This document shows, one piece after another, positions 42,059-53,009 of a stretch of 64,000 bases of DNA (its first letter is position 1; every line of letters begins with the position of its first letter). The DNA is taken from positions 2,080,001 to 2,144,000 of the forward strand of contig CAWIKF010000002.1 in the NCBI GenBank assembly GCA_963836755.1, given 5' to 3'. The notes under the pieces were generated by a model. That model was not told where the DNA came from. It ran no database searches and was given only the letters and a program-made list of their open reading frames with translations. This DNA comes from an uncultured Verrucomicrobiae bacterium (GTDB taxonomy: Bacteria; Verrucomicrobiota; Verrucomicrobiia; Chthoniobacterales; Chthoniobacteraceae). The translations under genes and the position numbers were made by a program.

Positions 42059-42346
42059 TTTCCTCCGCGAGCTGCATTGCGGGCTCATCGTCGTTCGCGC
42101 CGGCGGCGCGAGGCGCGATTAGTGCGCGGGCGGGCAAGAAATTGCTCCGGGAGCTGTGTTGCGAGCTCGCCGCATCTCGCGCGGCCGGATGGAGATCTGA
42201 TTTTCGCTCATCGCGGCTCGCGCTGCCGGCGCGGGGTGCGATGAGCCCGCAGCGCGGGAAGATTTTGCTCCGCGGCTGGTCTCGGGGGCTCATCAGCCCG
42301 GGCGCTGTCGGCGCGAGCGGCGATGAGCCCGCAATCTCCCATCCGG
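42059..42346 (+). repeat. Degenerate palindromic repeat array on a 41-nt register
   Basis: 41-nt units GCTCATC-N27-GAT(G/T)AG(C/T) at 42083, 42206 and 42288; CTCCG at 42063, 42145 and 42268; all offsets are 82 or 123. Confidence 0.8.
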
Positions 42347-42377
42347 CATTCACGATCTCTTCGCGCTCGCGCAGCGC

Positions 42378-43082
42378 ATGGACGACGGCCTGCGGCTCCA
42401 CGCGCGCTGGCTGAAAATTTTTGACGAAAAGGATGTGGCGCGGTTTCAGGAAAAATTTGGCGCGGCGAAAACGGCGGAGTCCGATTACGCGGTGGCGCGC
42501 TCGCGGCAGTGCGATGCCGCGCGGCGGCAGGAGACGGCGGATGCGGCGCAGACCGAATGGCTCGGGAAGGCGCGGCTCATTTTCATCCTGCGCAAAGGCG
42601 CGCGCTGGTCGGAGGCGTGGGCCGAGACCGGTTTCACGCATCGCTCGACGAGCGTGCCGAAACGCGGCGTCGCGCGGACGGCGCTTTGCGGCGCGGTAGT
42701 GCAATTTTTTACGCGGCGCGCGGATTACGAATATGCGTTTGCAAATGTGACGGCGGAGGCCGGCGCGGCGATTCATGCGGAAATGCTGGCCGCCTCGCAC
42801 GCGTCGCTCACGGCGCAGGCCGAGGCGCGGGCGCAACGGCAGGCGCGCGATGCGGCTGAGCGCGAGCTGCGCCGGGCGATGCGCCTGGTGCGTGTTTTCC
42901 TCGCCTTTACATTCACGACGGACGATGTGCGCTGGGCGAGCTTCGGCTTGAACCAACCGACGAGCACCCGCAGCGCCCTGGAGCCGCGCAGCGTTTCCGC
43001 CCCTTCCCTCGCGGAAGTGATCGCTCTGCCGCCGCGCACGGAGATCGCGGCGGAGTTCGCGCCCACGCAAGCGGTGGCGTGA
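42378..43082 (+). CDS. Ala-rich helical hypothetical protein
   Basis: 234-aa ORF; frame open 17 codons upstream; DDVRWASFGLNQP near the C-terminus. Confidence 0.65.
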   Translation: MDDGLRLHARWLKIFDEKDVARFQEKFGAAKTAESDYAVARSRQCDAARRQETADAAQTEWLGKARLIFILRKGARWSEAWAETGFTHRSTSVPKRGVARTALCGAVVQFFTRRADYEYAFANVTAEAGAAIHAEMLAASHASLTAQAEARAQRQARDAAERELRRAMRLVRVFLAFTFTTDDVRWASFGLNQPTSTRSALEPRSVSAPSLAEVIALPPRTEIAAEFAPTQAVA

Positions 43083-43191
43083 TCACGAAAAATCACCGTT
43101 ACTAAAGTGGCGGCGACCGAGCGCGCGGCCGATGAAACTTTGACTCCACGCGCGCTGTTGATTTTTAATTCGCAGCGCGATTAACTCCGCG

Positions 43192-44280
43192 ATGCCCATC
43201 GGCCAACTCCTCCTCATCGGCGTCCCCGGCCCGGAACTCGATGCGGCCACGGCCGAAACCTTCCGCGCGATCCAGCCCGGCGGCTTCATTTTATTCGGCC
43301 GCAACATCGTCTCGCCCGCGCAACTGCGGAAGCTCATCGACGACCTGCGCGGCTTAAGTGAAATCGAGCCGATCATCACGATCGACCAGGAAGGCGGACG
43401 CGTCTCGCGATTGAAATTGATCGGCCAGGAGCCGCCGAATGCGCAGCAACTGCGTGTTAAAAATGATTTAACACTCATCGAACGCCACGGGCACATCACC
43501 GGCCGGCTGCTCCGGCTCTTCGGCTTCAATCTCGACCTCTGCCCGGTGCTCGACATCTCCTTTGACGACGATGCGGACAATTCCCTCCGCGGCCGCTGCT
43601 GGGGAGGCGATGTCGCGCAGGTCGTGCGCAACGCCAGCGCATTCAATCGCGCGCTCCGCGAGGAAAAGATCGCGAGCTGCGGCAAACATTTTCCCGGCTA
43701 CTCCGCCGCCGCGATCGATGCGCACCACGAGCTGCCGCTCATCACCCGCACACGCGCGGAGCTCGATGCGCACGAGCTCGCAGTCTTTAAACACTTTGTC
43801 GACAAAGTGGACAGCATGATGATCTGCCACGCGCAATATCCGCATCTCGATCCCGCATTTCCCGCATCGCTTTCCCACCGCATCATCACGGAAATCCTGC
43901 GCGGCGAGTTTGGCTACGACGGCCTGGTGATGACCGACGATCTCGACATGGGCGCGATCCTGAACCATTACGATCTCGCCGAAATGCTGCACCTCGCCAT
44001 CGCCGCCGGCAACGATCTCGCGATGATCTGCCATCGGATCGAATGCGCGCGCGATGCGCTGTCGATTTTGAAAACATTACCCACCGCGCAGCTCGACCGC
44101 GCGCTCGCGAGCGTGGCGAAATTCAAGGCGCGCATGACGCCGCCCGATCCATTTTCCGTGGAGGAATTTCGCCGTCGCGATGCTGAGGTGTGGGACCTGC
44201 GCGTCGCCACGCTCGGCGCGGACGCCGCCGCGCAGCGCAGCCCCGAGGATGGCAAGCGCTCGCCGGTGGAGATGTATTGA
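43192..44280 (+). CDS. nagZ: GH3 beta-N-acetylhexosaminidase (NagZ-like)
   Basis: GGFILFGRN, IDQEGGRVSRL, KHFPG..DAH, MTDDLDMGA. Confidence 0.88.
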   Translation: MPIGQLLLIGVPGPELDAATAETFRAIQPGGFILFGRNIVSPAQLRKLIDDLRGLSEIEPIITIDQEGGRVSRLKLIGQEPPNAQQLRVKNDLTLIERHGHITGRLLRLFGFNLDLCPVLDISFDDDADNSLRGRCWGGDVAQVVRNASAFNRALREEKIASCGKHFPGYSAAAIDAHHELPLITRTRAELDAHELAVFKHFVDKVDSMMICHAQYPHLDPAFPASLSHRIITEILRGEFGYDGLVMTDDLDMGAILNHYDLAEMLHLAIAAGNDLAMICHRIECARDALSILKTLPTAQLDRALASVAKFKARMTPPDPFSVEEFRRRDAEVWDLRVATLGADAAAQRSPEDGKRSPVEMY

Positions 44281-44584
44281 ACGCGGCGCGTGACTGATGA
44301 AAGCGATCGTCTGCCGCCTCGCTGCATCTTTGCTCAGCGCGGTAAACTCGCGAGGCGCAGATTCGACGCCTTACGGGAACTTCGCTGTTTGGAACGCTAC
44401 CTCTCCGGACAAGCGATACTTTGCAGCCGCGAGACGGATGCCTCAGCCTGACGTGATTTGGAAGGAAGAATTCGACGGATTCCAGTTCGCAAAGCCGATT
44501 CGCCGCTAAAGATCGGAATCACATCGCAATTTCGGCGCAGCGAGGAAGTGGACAGCGGCAGCGGCGCATGTAAAATCTTGCGAA

Positions 44585-45676
44585 ATGGTCGCTCCGCTTT
44601 TGGATCAAACAGTTGCCGACAAAGTTCTCGCGGGCGAGCGGATCTCGCGGGACGAGGCGCGCGAGCTTTACCACGCACCGCTCAATGAGCTCGGCGCGCT
44701 GGCCGATTTCCGCCGCCGCGAGGCGACACGCGCGCGTCACGGCGGGCGCGGCGAGGAGATCGCGACTTACATCGTCGATCGCAACATTAATTACACCAAC
44801 GTCTGCAACGTCTATTGCAAGTTTTGCGCGTTTTACCGCACGGAAAAAGATGACGACCATTACGTGCTCACACGCGACGAACTCGACGTAAAACTCGACG
44901 AGCTGAGCGCCGTGGGCGGCGTGCAGATTTTAATGCAGGGCGGTCATCATCCGAAGCTCGGGCTCGACTGGTATCTCGATCTGCTCGCGCACATCCGCGA
45001 AAAATATCCGCACATCAACATCCACGGATTCAGCCCGCCGGAGTTCAACCACTTCGCGCAGGTGTTTAACATGCCGTTGCGCGAGGTGATCGCAAAATTC
45101 AAGGAAGCCGGCCTCGGCTCGATCCCCGGCGGCGGCGGCGAAATCCTCGTGGATCGTGTGCGGCAGCGCATTTCGCCGCTGAAATGCATGAGCGATCAAT
45201 GGCTCGAAGTGATGCGCATCGCGCACGAGCTCGGGCTGAACTCGAGCGCGACGATGATGTTCGGCCACGTGGAAAACATCGGCGACCGGCTGGAGCATTT
45301 GCAAAGGCTGCGCGACTTGCAGGATGAGACCGGCGGCTTCACGGCGTTCATCTGCTGGACGTTTCAACCTGACAACACTGTGTTGAAAGCGACGCCGGTC
45401 GGCTCGATGGAATATCTGCGGATGCAGGCGCTCTCGCGCATCTTTTTGGACAACTTTGAAAACGTGCAAAGCTCGTGGGTCACGCAGGGTCCGAAGATCG
45501 GGCAGATCGCGCTGAAGTATGGCGCGAATGATTTCGGCAGCGTGATGATGGAAGAAAATGTCGTCAGCAGCGCCGGCACTTCGTTCCGCTTGTGCGCGGA
45601 GGAAATCGAATCGCTCATCCGCGGGGCCGGCTACGAGCCGCATCGGCGCGACAACTGGTATCGCCTGCTCTCGTGA
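44585..45676 (+). CDS. mqnC: Cyclic dehypoxanthinyl futalosine synthase (radical SAM)
   Basis: DRNINYTNVCNVYCKFCAF, QGGHHP, TMMFGHVE, QSSWVTQG, GANDFGSVMMEENVV. Confidence 0.92.
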   Translation: MVAPLLDQTVADKVLAGERISRDEARELYHAPLNELGALADFRRREATRARHGGRGEEIATYIVDRNINYTNVCNVYCKFCAFYRTEKDDDHYVLTRDELDVKLDELSAVGGVQILMQGGHHPKLGLDWYLDLLAHIREKYPHINIHGFSPPEFNHFAQVFNMPLREVIAKFKEAGLGSIPGGGGEILVDRVRQRISPLKCMSDQWLEVMRIAHELGLNSSATMMFGHVENIGDRLEHLQRLRDLQDETGGFTAFICWTFQPDNTVLKATPVGSMEYLRMQALSRIFLDNFENVQSSWVTQGPKIGQIALKYGANDFGSVMMEENVVSSAGTSFRLCAEEIESLIRGAGYEPHRRDNWYRLLS

Positions 45677-45738
45677 GCGCACGCGCGAAAAGAATGCGTG
45701 ATTTTCCGCCGTTGTCCGCTAGCTTTTTGCGTCCACCC

Positions 45739-46413
45739 ATGAAGAAATCCGCCTTTACGCTCATCGAACTCCTCGTCGTCATCGCCATCATCGCGATCCT
45801 CGCCGGCATCGCGCTTCCCGTGTTTTCAAAAGTGCAGGAAAAGGCGCACGCGACGCAGGATGCCAGCAACATTCGCCAGCTCGGGCTCGGGGTCATCGGT
45901 TACATGAATGACAACACCGACACGTATCCGGCGCTCGCCGGTCCGTGGACGAAGAAGTTAAACCCGACCTACGTCCCCGGCTGGAAAGTTTTTCTCTCCC
46001 CTTTCGACAAGCGCACCTCGAACGAGAACGGCGATGGGACAACGCCCGTTAGCTACGACATGAACGCGAATCTCACGACGAAGGCGGGCGGCAGCGGCGG
46101 GCCGGCATCGAGCAGCGATGTCGTGAACCCTTCCTCGTGCATCCTGATGGCGCCGAATATCAATGACCCGGTCAACATCAACAGCGCCGCAGTCGGCTGG
46201 AAAGGGACTGCGCTCAATCCGGGTCAGCCAAGCGTGCTGAGCATGTCCAGCAACGGCTCGGGCGCGACCGGCGGCACGCACGCGGGCGGCAGACATATCA
46301 ATGTCCTTTTCGCCGATGCGCACGTGGCGGACATGCTGATGAGCGATTTCCATTCGACGCTTCCAAACTCCGACACGACCAGCTCGATCACGGACGTGCG
46401 GTGGAATAAATAG
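45739..46413 (+). CDS. Prepilin-type N-methylation domain protein (PVC pseudopilin family)
   Basis: AFTLIELLVVIAIIAILA; C-terminal THAGGRHINVLFADAHV. Confidence 0.9.
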   Translation: MKKSAFTLIELLVVIAIIAILAGIALPVFSKVQEKAHATQDASNIRQLGLGVIGYMNDNTDTYPALAGPWTKKLNPTYVPGWKVFLSPFDKRTSNENGDGTTPVSYDMNANLTTKAGGSGGPASSSDVVNPSSCILMAPNINDPVNINSAAVGWKGTALNPGQPSVLSMSSNGSGATGGTHAGGRHINVLFADAHVADMLMSDFHSTLPNSDTTSSITDVRWNK

Positions 46414-46416
46414 GCG

Positions 46417-47478
46417 GTGCTCACCGTCGACGTCGCGCTCGCGGCGCAGCCTTATCGCGTCACGATCGGCGCGGGCCTGCTCGATTCTCTCGGCGATGCG
46501 CTGACGGAATCAAAGTTGCCCGGGCGCTGCGCGATCATCACGGATGAGAACGTCGAAAAACTTTACGCGGCGCGCGTCACAACTGCGCTGAAAGCCGCGG
46601 ATCCTTTGCTCATCAGCGTTCCCGCCGGTGAGCGATCAAAGTCGCTCGCGCAAGCAGAGACGATTTGCGACCGGATGATCGAGGCGGGATTCGATCGCGG
46701 ATCATTCGTCGTCGCGCTCGGCGGCGGCGTGGTTGGCGATCTCGCGGGATTCGTCGCGGCGATTTATTTTCGTGGAATCCCGTGCGTGCAGGTGCCGACA
46801 ACAATCGTCGCACAAGTAGATAGTGCCATCGGCGGCAAGTCCGGCGTCAATGCGCGCGGCGGCAAAAATTTGATCGGCGCATTCCATCAGCCGCGTGCCG
46901 TTTTTGCCGATGTCGAGACACTGCGGACGCTGCCGCAACGGGAGTTTAACGAAGGTTTTGCGGAAGTGATCAAGCACGCGATTATTCGCGATGCGCAAAT
47001 GTTTAACGAGCTGGGAAACTTTGACCGCGAAAATCTCGCGCCGCTCATCGCGCGCAATGTGCGGATAAAGTCAGACATCGTCGCGGCCGACGAGCGCGAG
47101 ACGACGGGCGAGCGCGCGCTGTTGAACTTTGGCCACACCGTCGGACACGCGATTGAAAACGCCGCCGGCTACGGCCGCTTCCTGCACGGCGAAGCAATCG
47201 CGATCGGCATCGCCGCCGCCGCGGACTTGTCCGTCCGCCACGCCAATCTCTCGCCTGACGATCAAGCGCGCATCCTCGCGCGGCTCAAGCAATTCGAACT
47301 GCCCACGCATTTGCCGCATGACATCAGCACCGACGCGATCATGTCCGCGCTGCGCACTGACAAAAAGTTTGCCGCGGGCCACATCCGCTTTGTCCTCACG
47401 TCCGGCATCGGCTCCGCTTTCGTCTCGAGCGACATCACGCTCGGCGAGATCCGCGACGCGATCGCGCGGCTGCGGTAA
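46417..47478 (+). CDS. aroB: 3-dehydroquinate synthase
   Basis: GGGVVGDLAGF, PTTIVAQVDSAIGGK, KNLIGAFHQP, LNFGHTVGHAIE, LHGEA. Confidence 0.97.
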   Translation: MLTVDVALAAQPYRVTIGAGLLDSLGDALTESKLPGRCAIITDENVEKLYAARVTTALKAADPLLISVPAGERSKSLAQAETICDRMIEAGFDRGSFVVALGGGVVGDLAGFVAAIYFRGIPCVQVPTTIVAQVDSAIGGKSGVNARGGKNLIGAFHQPRAVFADVETLRTLPQREFNEGFAEVIKHAIIRDAQMFNELGNFDRENLAPLIARNVRIKSDIVAADERETTGERALLNFGHTVGHAIENAAGYGRFLHGEAIAIGIAAAADLSVRHANLSPDDQARILARLKQFELPTHLPHDISTDAIMSALRTDKKFAAGHIRFVLTSGIGSAFVSSDITLGEIRDAIARLR

Positions 47479-47519
47479 AGCCGATTGACTCGCCTTCGCC
47501 TTCCATTATCGTCAGCGAA

Positions 47520-47605
47520 ATGCGGGGGCGCCGTTTGGCTGAGACTTCGGTGAGTGCCGAAGAACCCCTTGAACCTGATGCGGGTCATGCCGCCGAAGGG
47601 AGCAA
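47520..47605 (+). ncRNA. TPP riboswitch aptamer
   Basis: GGGG...GCTGAGA...ACCC.TTGAACCTGATGCGGGTCATGCCGCCGAAGGGA directly upstream of thiC. Confidence 0.93.
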
Positions 47606-47610
47606 GGTCC

Positions 47611-47640
47611 AGCCACGCACTCGCGTGGCTTTTTCTTTTT
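47611..47640 (+). terminator. Riboswitch expression-platform terminator
   Basis: AGCCACGC-ACTC-GCGTGGCT then TTTTCTTTTT, before the thiC ATG. Confidence 0.8.
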
Positions 47641-47648
47641 AGGACATT

Positions 47649-49615
<1,967 letters not shown>

Positions 49616-49660
49616 GGCGGTATGCCTCGACGTGACTCCGGCTCGTTGTAATTAAACTCT

Positions 49661-52477
49661 ATGGCGAAACTCCGAGTGCTCGCTAGCGGATCAACTCCAT
49701 CTGCGCGCTCGCAGAAGCGGGGAAAGCTTTTTGAAAGCTTGATGACGGACGTGTTCAGGCGTTTCGGCTACACCTTCAATGGGACGGCGAGCACTAATTA
49801 CTCCGGGATGGAGATAGATATTGATGGCATTCACACAGCTACCAACTTGCCACTTTATGCGGAGTGCAAATGTTACGAGTCAGAAGTTGACTCTCCCAAA
49901 CTACAGGCATTCTTCGGAAAGTATGTTGCTCTTTGGATGAAGGACAATCGGGCACATGGGATTTTTGTCGCGATCCCAGGCATCAATCCCCACGCGAAGG
50001 GATTTTATCGCGACAACTGCGAGGCGAATCCAAAGCTAACGCTTCGGCTTTACCAAGAAGACGAGGTGCTCCAAGCATTAATTGATTCCGGCAAATTATC
50101 CCACCCTTCAACGGTCCCCAAATGCATCCCGCTCGACGTGGGATCGGCGGGCGAACAGTTGACGTTATCAACCGAACTAGGGATTTTCGTGGTTCAATTC
50201 ATTATCCCCACTGGTAGCGCTATCGCCTCACACTTTGCACTATTTGACGCGCGCGGTCAGTTTCTGACGGACCGCGGCTCTATCGAGACCCTAATCGACC
50301 TAGAGCCGGAATTGAAAGCGTTCGAATTCGTATCGCTTGGACCAGAACCACTGATAACTCCCGCCCGAAGCGCGGAAGTGCCTGAAACAATTGTTGAAGT
50401 CAAAGGTAGCTCGTCGTGCTTCGAGTTTCAGTTTCCAGCCTCTCCCGAACATTTCGTGGGCCGCACGAATTTGCGAGGCGAGGTTAAAGACTTCGTTGCT
50501 GACGTTGTGGCCCGGCGAACCGCTGCGAGAGGATTACTTTTTGAAGCCAATTCAGGCTGGGGCAAGAGTTCCGCAGTCCTTTCTTGCGCAGAACATCTTC
50601 GTGGAGTTGGGCATTACTCGGTTGCGATCGACTCTCGCTCGGCGTCGTCCTCTCAATTCATTCTGCGGGTTGTCCAGCACACTGTTCAGGCCCTTCTGGT
50701 TCAGGGCATTTCTCTCAATGGCGCTGACAGCCAGATTTCCGGATTCGATAGTGCGGCGGAAATCCTAGTTAAAATAGGCCAAGAGCTTGCACGACGCGGA
50801 AAGCTACTTGTGATCTTTTTAGATCAATTCGAGAATTTGTTCTTCTTACCCGACGCCTTCAAGCGGATAAGGGACCTTTTCCTTAAGGTAAGCAATGCGG
50901 AGACTAATGTAGTGTTTGGTTTCTGTTGGAAGACAGACCTCGTTGGACTGACTAACGAATTTCCATATCAGCTCCGCGATTCGATTAGGACAGTTAGTCG
51001 GGTCGTTCAGTTGGAAAAGTTCACAGAAGCGGAAACAAGCGAACTTCTGAACAAGCTAAGTGCGGAAATCGGTGCGCCCTTACGAAAAGACCTTCGTTTT
51101 TTCCTTTCCGAGTTTTCACAGGGCTACCCTTGGCTGCTGAAAAAGCTCTGCGCTCATGTAAAATCACAGCGAGAAGCAGGGACGCCACAGATCGCAATCG
51201 CGAATGGACTCCTAAATGTGGAGCAACTGTTTCAAGAAGACTTGAACGGCCTTTCCCTTCAACAGGAAGAAGCTCTTCGCCGAATCGCTAAGCTGGCTCC
51301 GATAGCTATAGCGGATTTGGGTGACGAACTAAGCCCCACCGTCCTTCATAGCTTGATTGATCGGCGTTTGGTCGTGCGTATCGGAACAAAGTTGGACATC
51401 TATTGGGACATCTTCCGTGACTTTCTCAATACGGGTCGAGTTCCAGCTCAAGAGCAATACATCCCTCGACTTGGGACGCGAAGTGTATATCGGGCCTGTA
51501 AGATTTTGGCGGACGCGGGCAAAGCCATCTCAGTTCAAGAACTAGCTACGCGCGCGAAGGTAAGCTCTCAATCGTTCTACAACGTTGCGCACGAGTTTCG
51601 CATGCTTGGCCTTGCTACGATATCCGGCGAACTGGTGTCGTTAAATCCTGCTCTAGCTGCGGCGGCGGATTTTCAGGCAGCATTTCGCGCTTACCTCAGC
51701 GACAAGCTGAAGCGGAATCGTTTAGTTCTGTTGATGCTCGATAAGTTGACTGTCGAGCCTGACTTAAGTGTAGAGCAGATCGGACAGTTTCTCATGAGTA
51801 GCTGCCCATATATTTCGGCATCGGCGTCGAGTTGGGAGGATTACTCGGATATCTTTTGCGACTGGCTGGACGCCGGTGATTTGGCCATTCACGACCGTCG
51901 TGGGAAGAGACTTCGGCGTTATCAACCAGGCACTGAAATCCGGGAGCGACATTTTTCCCGTCTTACCCGGCGAGGGGGAACCAGCGTGCTTCAAGTTCAC
52001 TACGGCCCGGTGGCGGCCGTGGCAAAAGCCCTCGCGCAGATTCTTCATGGTGGAAAATTCGCTTGGCCTCAGATGGGGCCGAGCACCCGACAAAAAGCCC
52101 TGCTTGTCCTCGAGGATTTTGGCTATATCACCCGAAAATCGGGATCTATTACTGTGCTATTGACGCTGAAGCCTTTTGGGCAGCCGGATTTTGATGTCCC
52201 AAAAGCTTTGGGAGATGCCGCGTTAAAGATTGCGTCATTCCGCGAGTTTATAGGCATTCTTTCCAATGACACTGGGAAAAAGAAAAGTCACTTAGAGTTA
52301 GGACGCTTGTTGATGGTGGGTATGAATTCTGAATGGAGCGATGGCACCGCTCAGACAACGTCCAAAATTCTGATGGACTGGGCGCGGCATACAGGTCTTG
52401 CGCGAGGACCTTACGCTAAGTTCGTCCAAAGAAGTGCAAGCGAAGCGGGTTTTACAGCGCAGGCACCACTTTTGTGA
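49661..52477 (+). CDS. Mrr-like PD-(D/E)xK nuclease fused to a STAND-type P-loop NTPase and C-terminal helical/wHTH-like domains
   Basis: RGKLFE..EIDIDG..AECKCY; FVGR, ANSGWGKS, VIFLDQFE, GYPWLL; AT-richer than flanks. Confidence 0.8.
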   Translation: MAKLRVLASGSTPSARSQKRGKLFESLMTDVFRRFGYTFNGTASTNYSGMEIDIDGIHTATNLPLYAECKCYESEVDSPKLQAFFGKYVALWMKDNRAHGIFVAIPGINPHAKGFYRDNCEANPKLTLRLYQEDEVLQALIDSGKLSHPSTVPKCIPLDVGSAGEQLTLSTELGIFVVQFIIPTGSAIASHFALFDARGQFLTDRGSIETLIDLEPELKAFEFVSLGPEPLITPARSAEVPETIVEVKGSSSCFEFQFPASPEHFVGRTNLRGEVKDFVADVVARRTAARGLLFEANSGWGKSSAVLSCAEHLRGVGHYSVAIDSRSASSSQFILRVVQHTVQALLVQGISLNGADSQISGFDSAAEILVKIGQELARRGKLLVIFLDQFENLFFLPDAFKRIRDLFLKVSNAETNVVFGFCWKTDLVGLTNEFPYQLRDSIRTVSRVVQLEKFTEAETSELLNKLSAEIGAPLRKDLRFFLSEFSQGYPWLLKKLCAHVKSQREAGTPQIAIANGLLNVEQLFQEDLNGLSLQQEEALRRIAKLAPIAIADLGDELSPTVLHSLIDRRLVVRIGTKLDIYWDIFRDFLNTGRVPAQEQYIPRLGTRSVYRACKILADAGKAISVQELATRAKVSSQSFYNVAHEFRMLGLATISGELVSLNPALAAAADFQAAFRAYLSDKLKRNRLVLLMLDKLTVEPDLSVEQIGQFLMSSCPYISASASSWEDYSDIFCDWLDAGDLAIHDRRGKRLRRYQPGTEIRERHFSRLTRRGGTSVLQVHYGPVAAVAKALAQILHGGKFAWPQMGPSTRQKALLVLEDFGYITRKSGSITVLLTLKPFGQPDFDVPKALGDAALKIASFREFIGILSNDTGKKKSHLELGRLLMVGMNSEWSDGTAQTTSKILMDWARHTGLARGPYAKFVQRSASEAGFTAQAPLL

Positions 52478-52508
52478 ATTGCATGCCGCTCTTATTAAGA
52501 AATTGAAC

Positions 52509-53009
52509 ATGAGCACGGACCTCATCCACCCTGCCGTCCGCATCGGGCATGTGCATTTGAAGGTGGCGGACTTGGAGCGGGCGCTTTCGTTTTACCGCGA
52601 TGTGCTCGGGTTTGAAGTGACGCAGCGGATGGGAAAGCAGGCGGCGTTTCTTTCGGCGGGCGGGTATCATCATCACATCGGGCTCAATACCTGGGAGAGC
52701 GCGGGTGGGCGGGCGCCGGCGCCGGGGACGACGGGGCTGTATCACCTGGCGATTTTGTATCCGACGCGGGCGGAGCTGGGCGATGCGTTGCGGCGGCTGA
52801 TGAAGGCGGGCATTCCGCTCGAAGGCGCGTCGGATCACGGCGTGAGCGAGGCGCTTTATCTGCGCGACCCGGATGGCAATGGCGTGGAGCTGTATTGGGA
52901 TCGGCCCATGGAGGAATGGCCGCGCACGCCGGAGGGCGAGCTGGCGATGTTCACGAAGCCGCTCGACGTGGAGTCGCTTTTACTGCTCGTTCCCGAAGCG
53001 CTACGCTAA
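52509..53009 (+). CDS. VOC/glyoxalase-family protein (CatE-like)
   Basis: IGHVHLKVADL, GGYHHHIGLNTW, GLYHLAILYP, DHGVSEALYLRDPDGNGVELYWDRP. Confidence 0.92.
   Translation: MSTDLIHPAVRIGHVHLKVADLERALSFYRDVLGFEVTQRMGKQAAFLSAGGYHHHIGLNTWESAGGRAPAPGTTGLYHLAILYPTRAELGDALRRLMKAGIPLEGASDHGVSEALYLRDPDGNGVELYWDRPMEEWPRTPEGELAMFTKPLDVESLLLLVPEALR

Noticed and set aside
42059..42346. CRISPR array interpretation of the 41-nt repeats
   Set aside because: Repeats are degenerate, the intervening segments resemble each other, there are only three units, and no cas genes are in the window
46270..46330. Pseudopilin C-terminal motif reading ADAH instead of xDGH
   Set aside because: A single conservative change in a very variable paralog family
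49617..52489. 9-bp imperfect inverted repeat flanking the nuclease-NTPase gene (GCGGTATGC / GCATGCCGC)
   Set aside because: Too short and GC-rich to exceed chance; no transposase or target duplication seen
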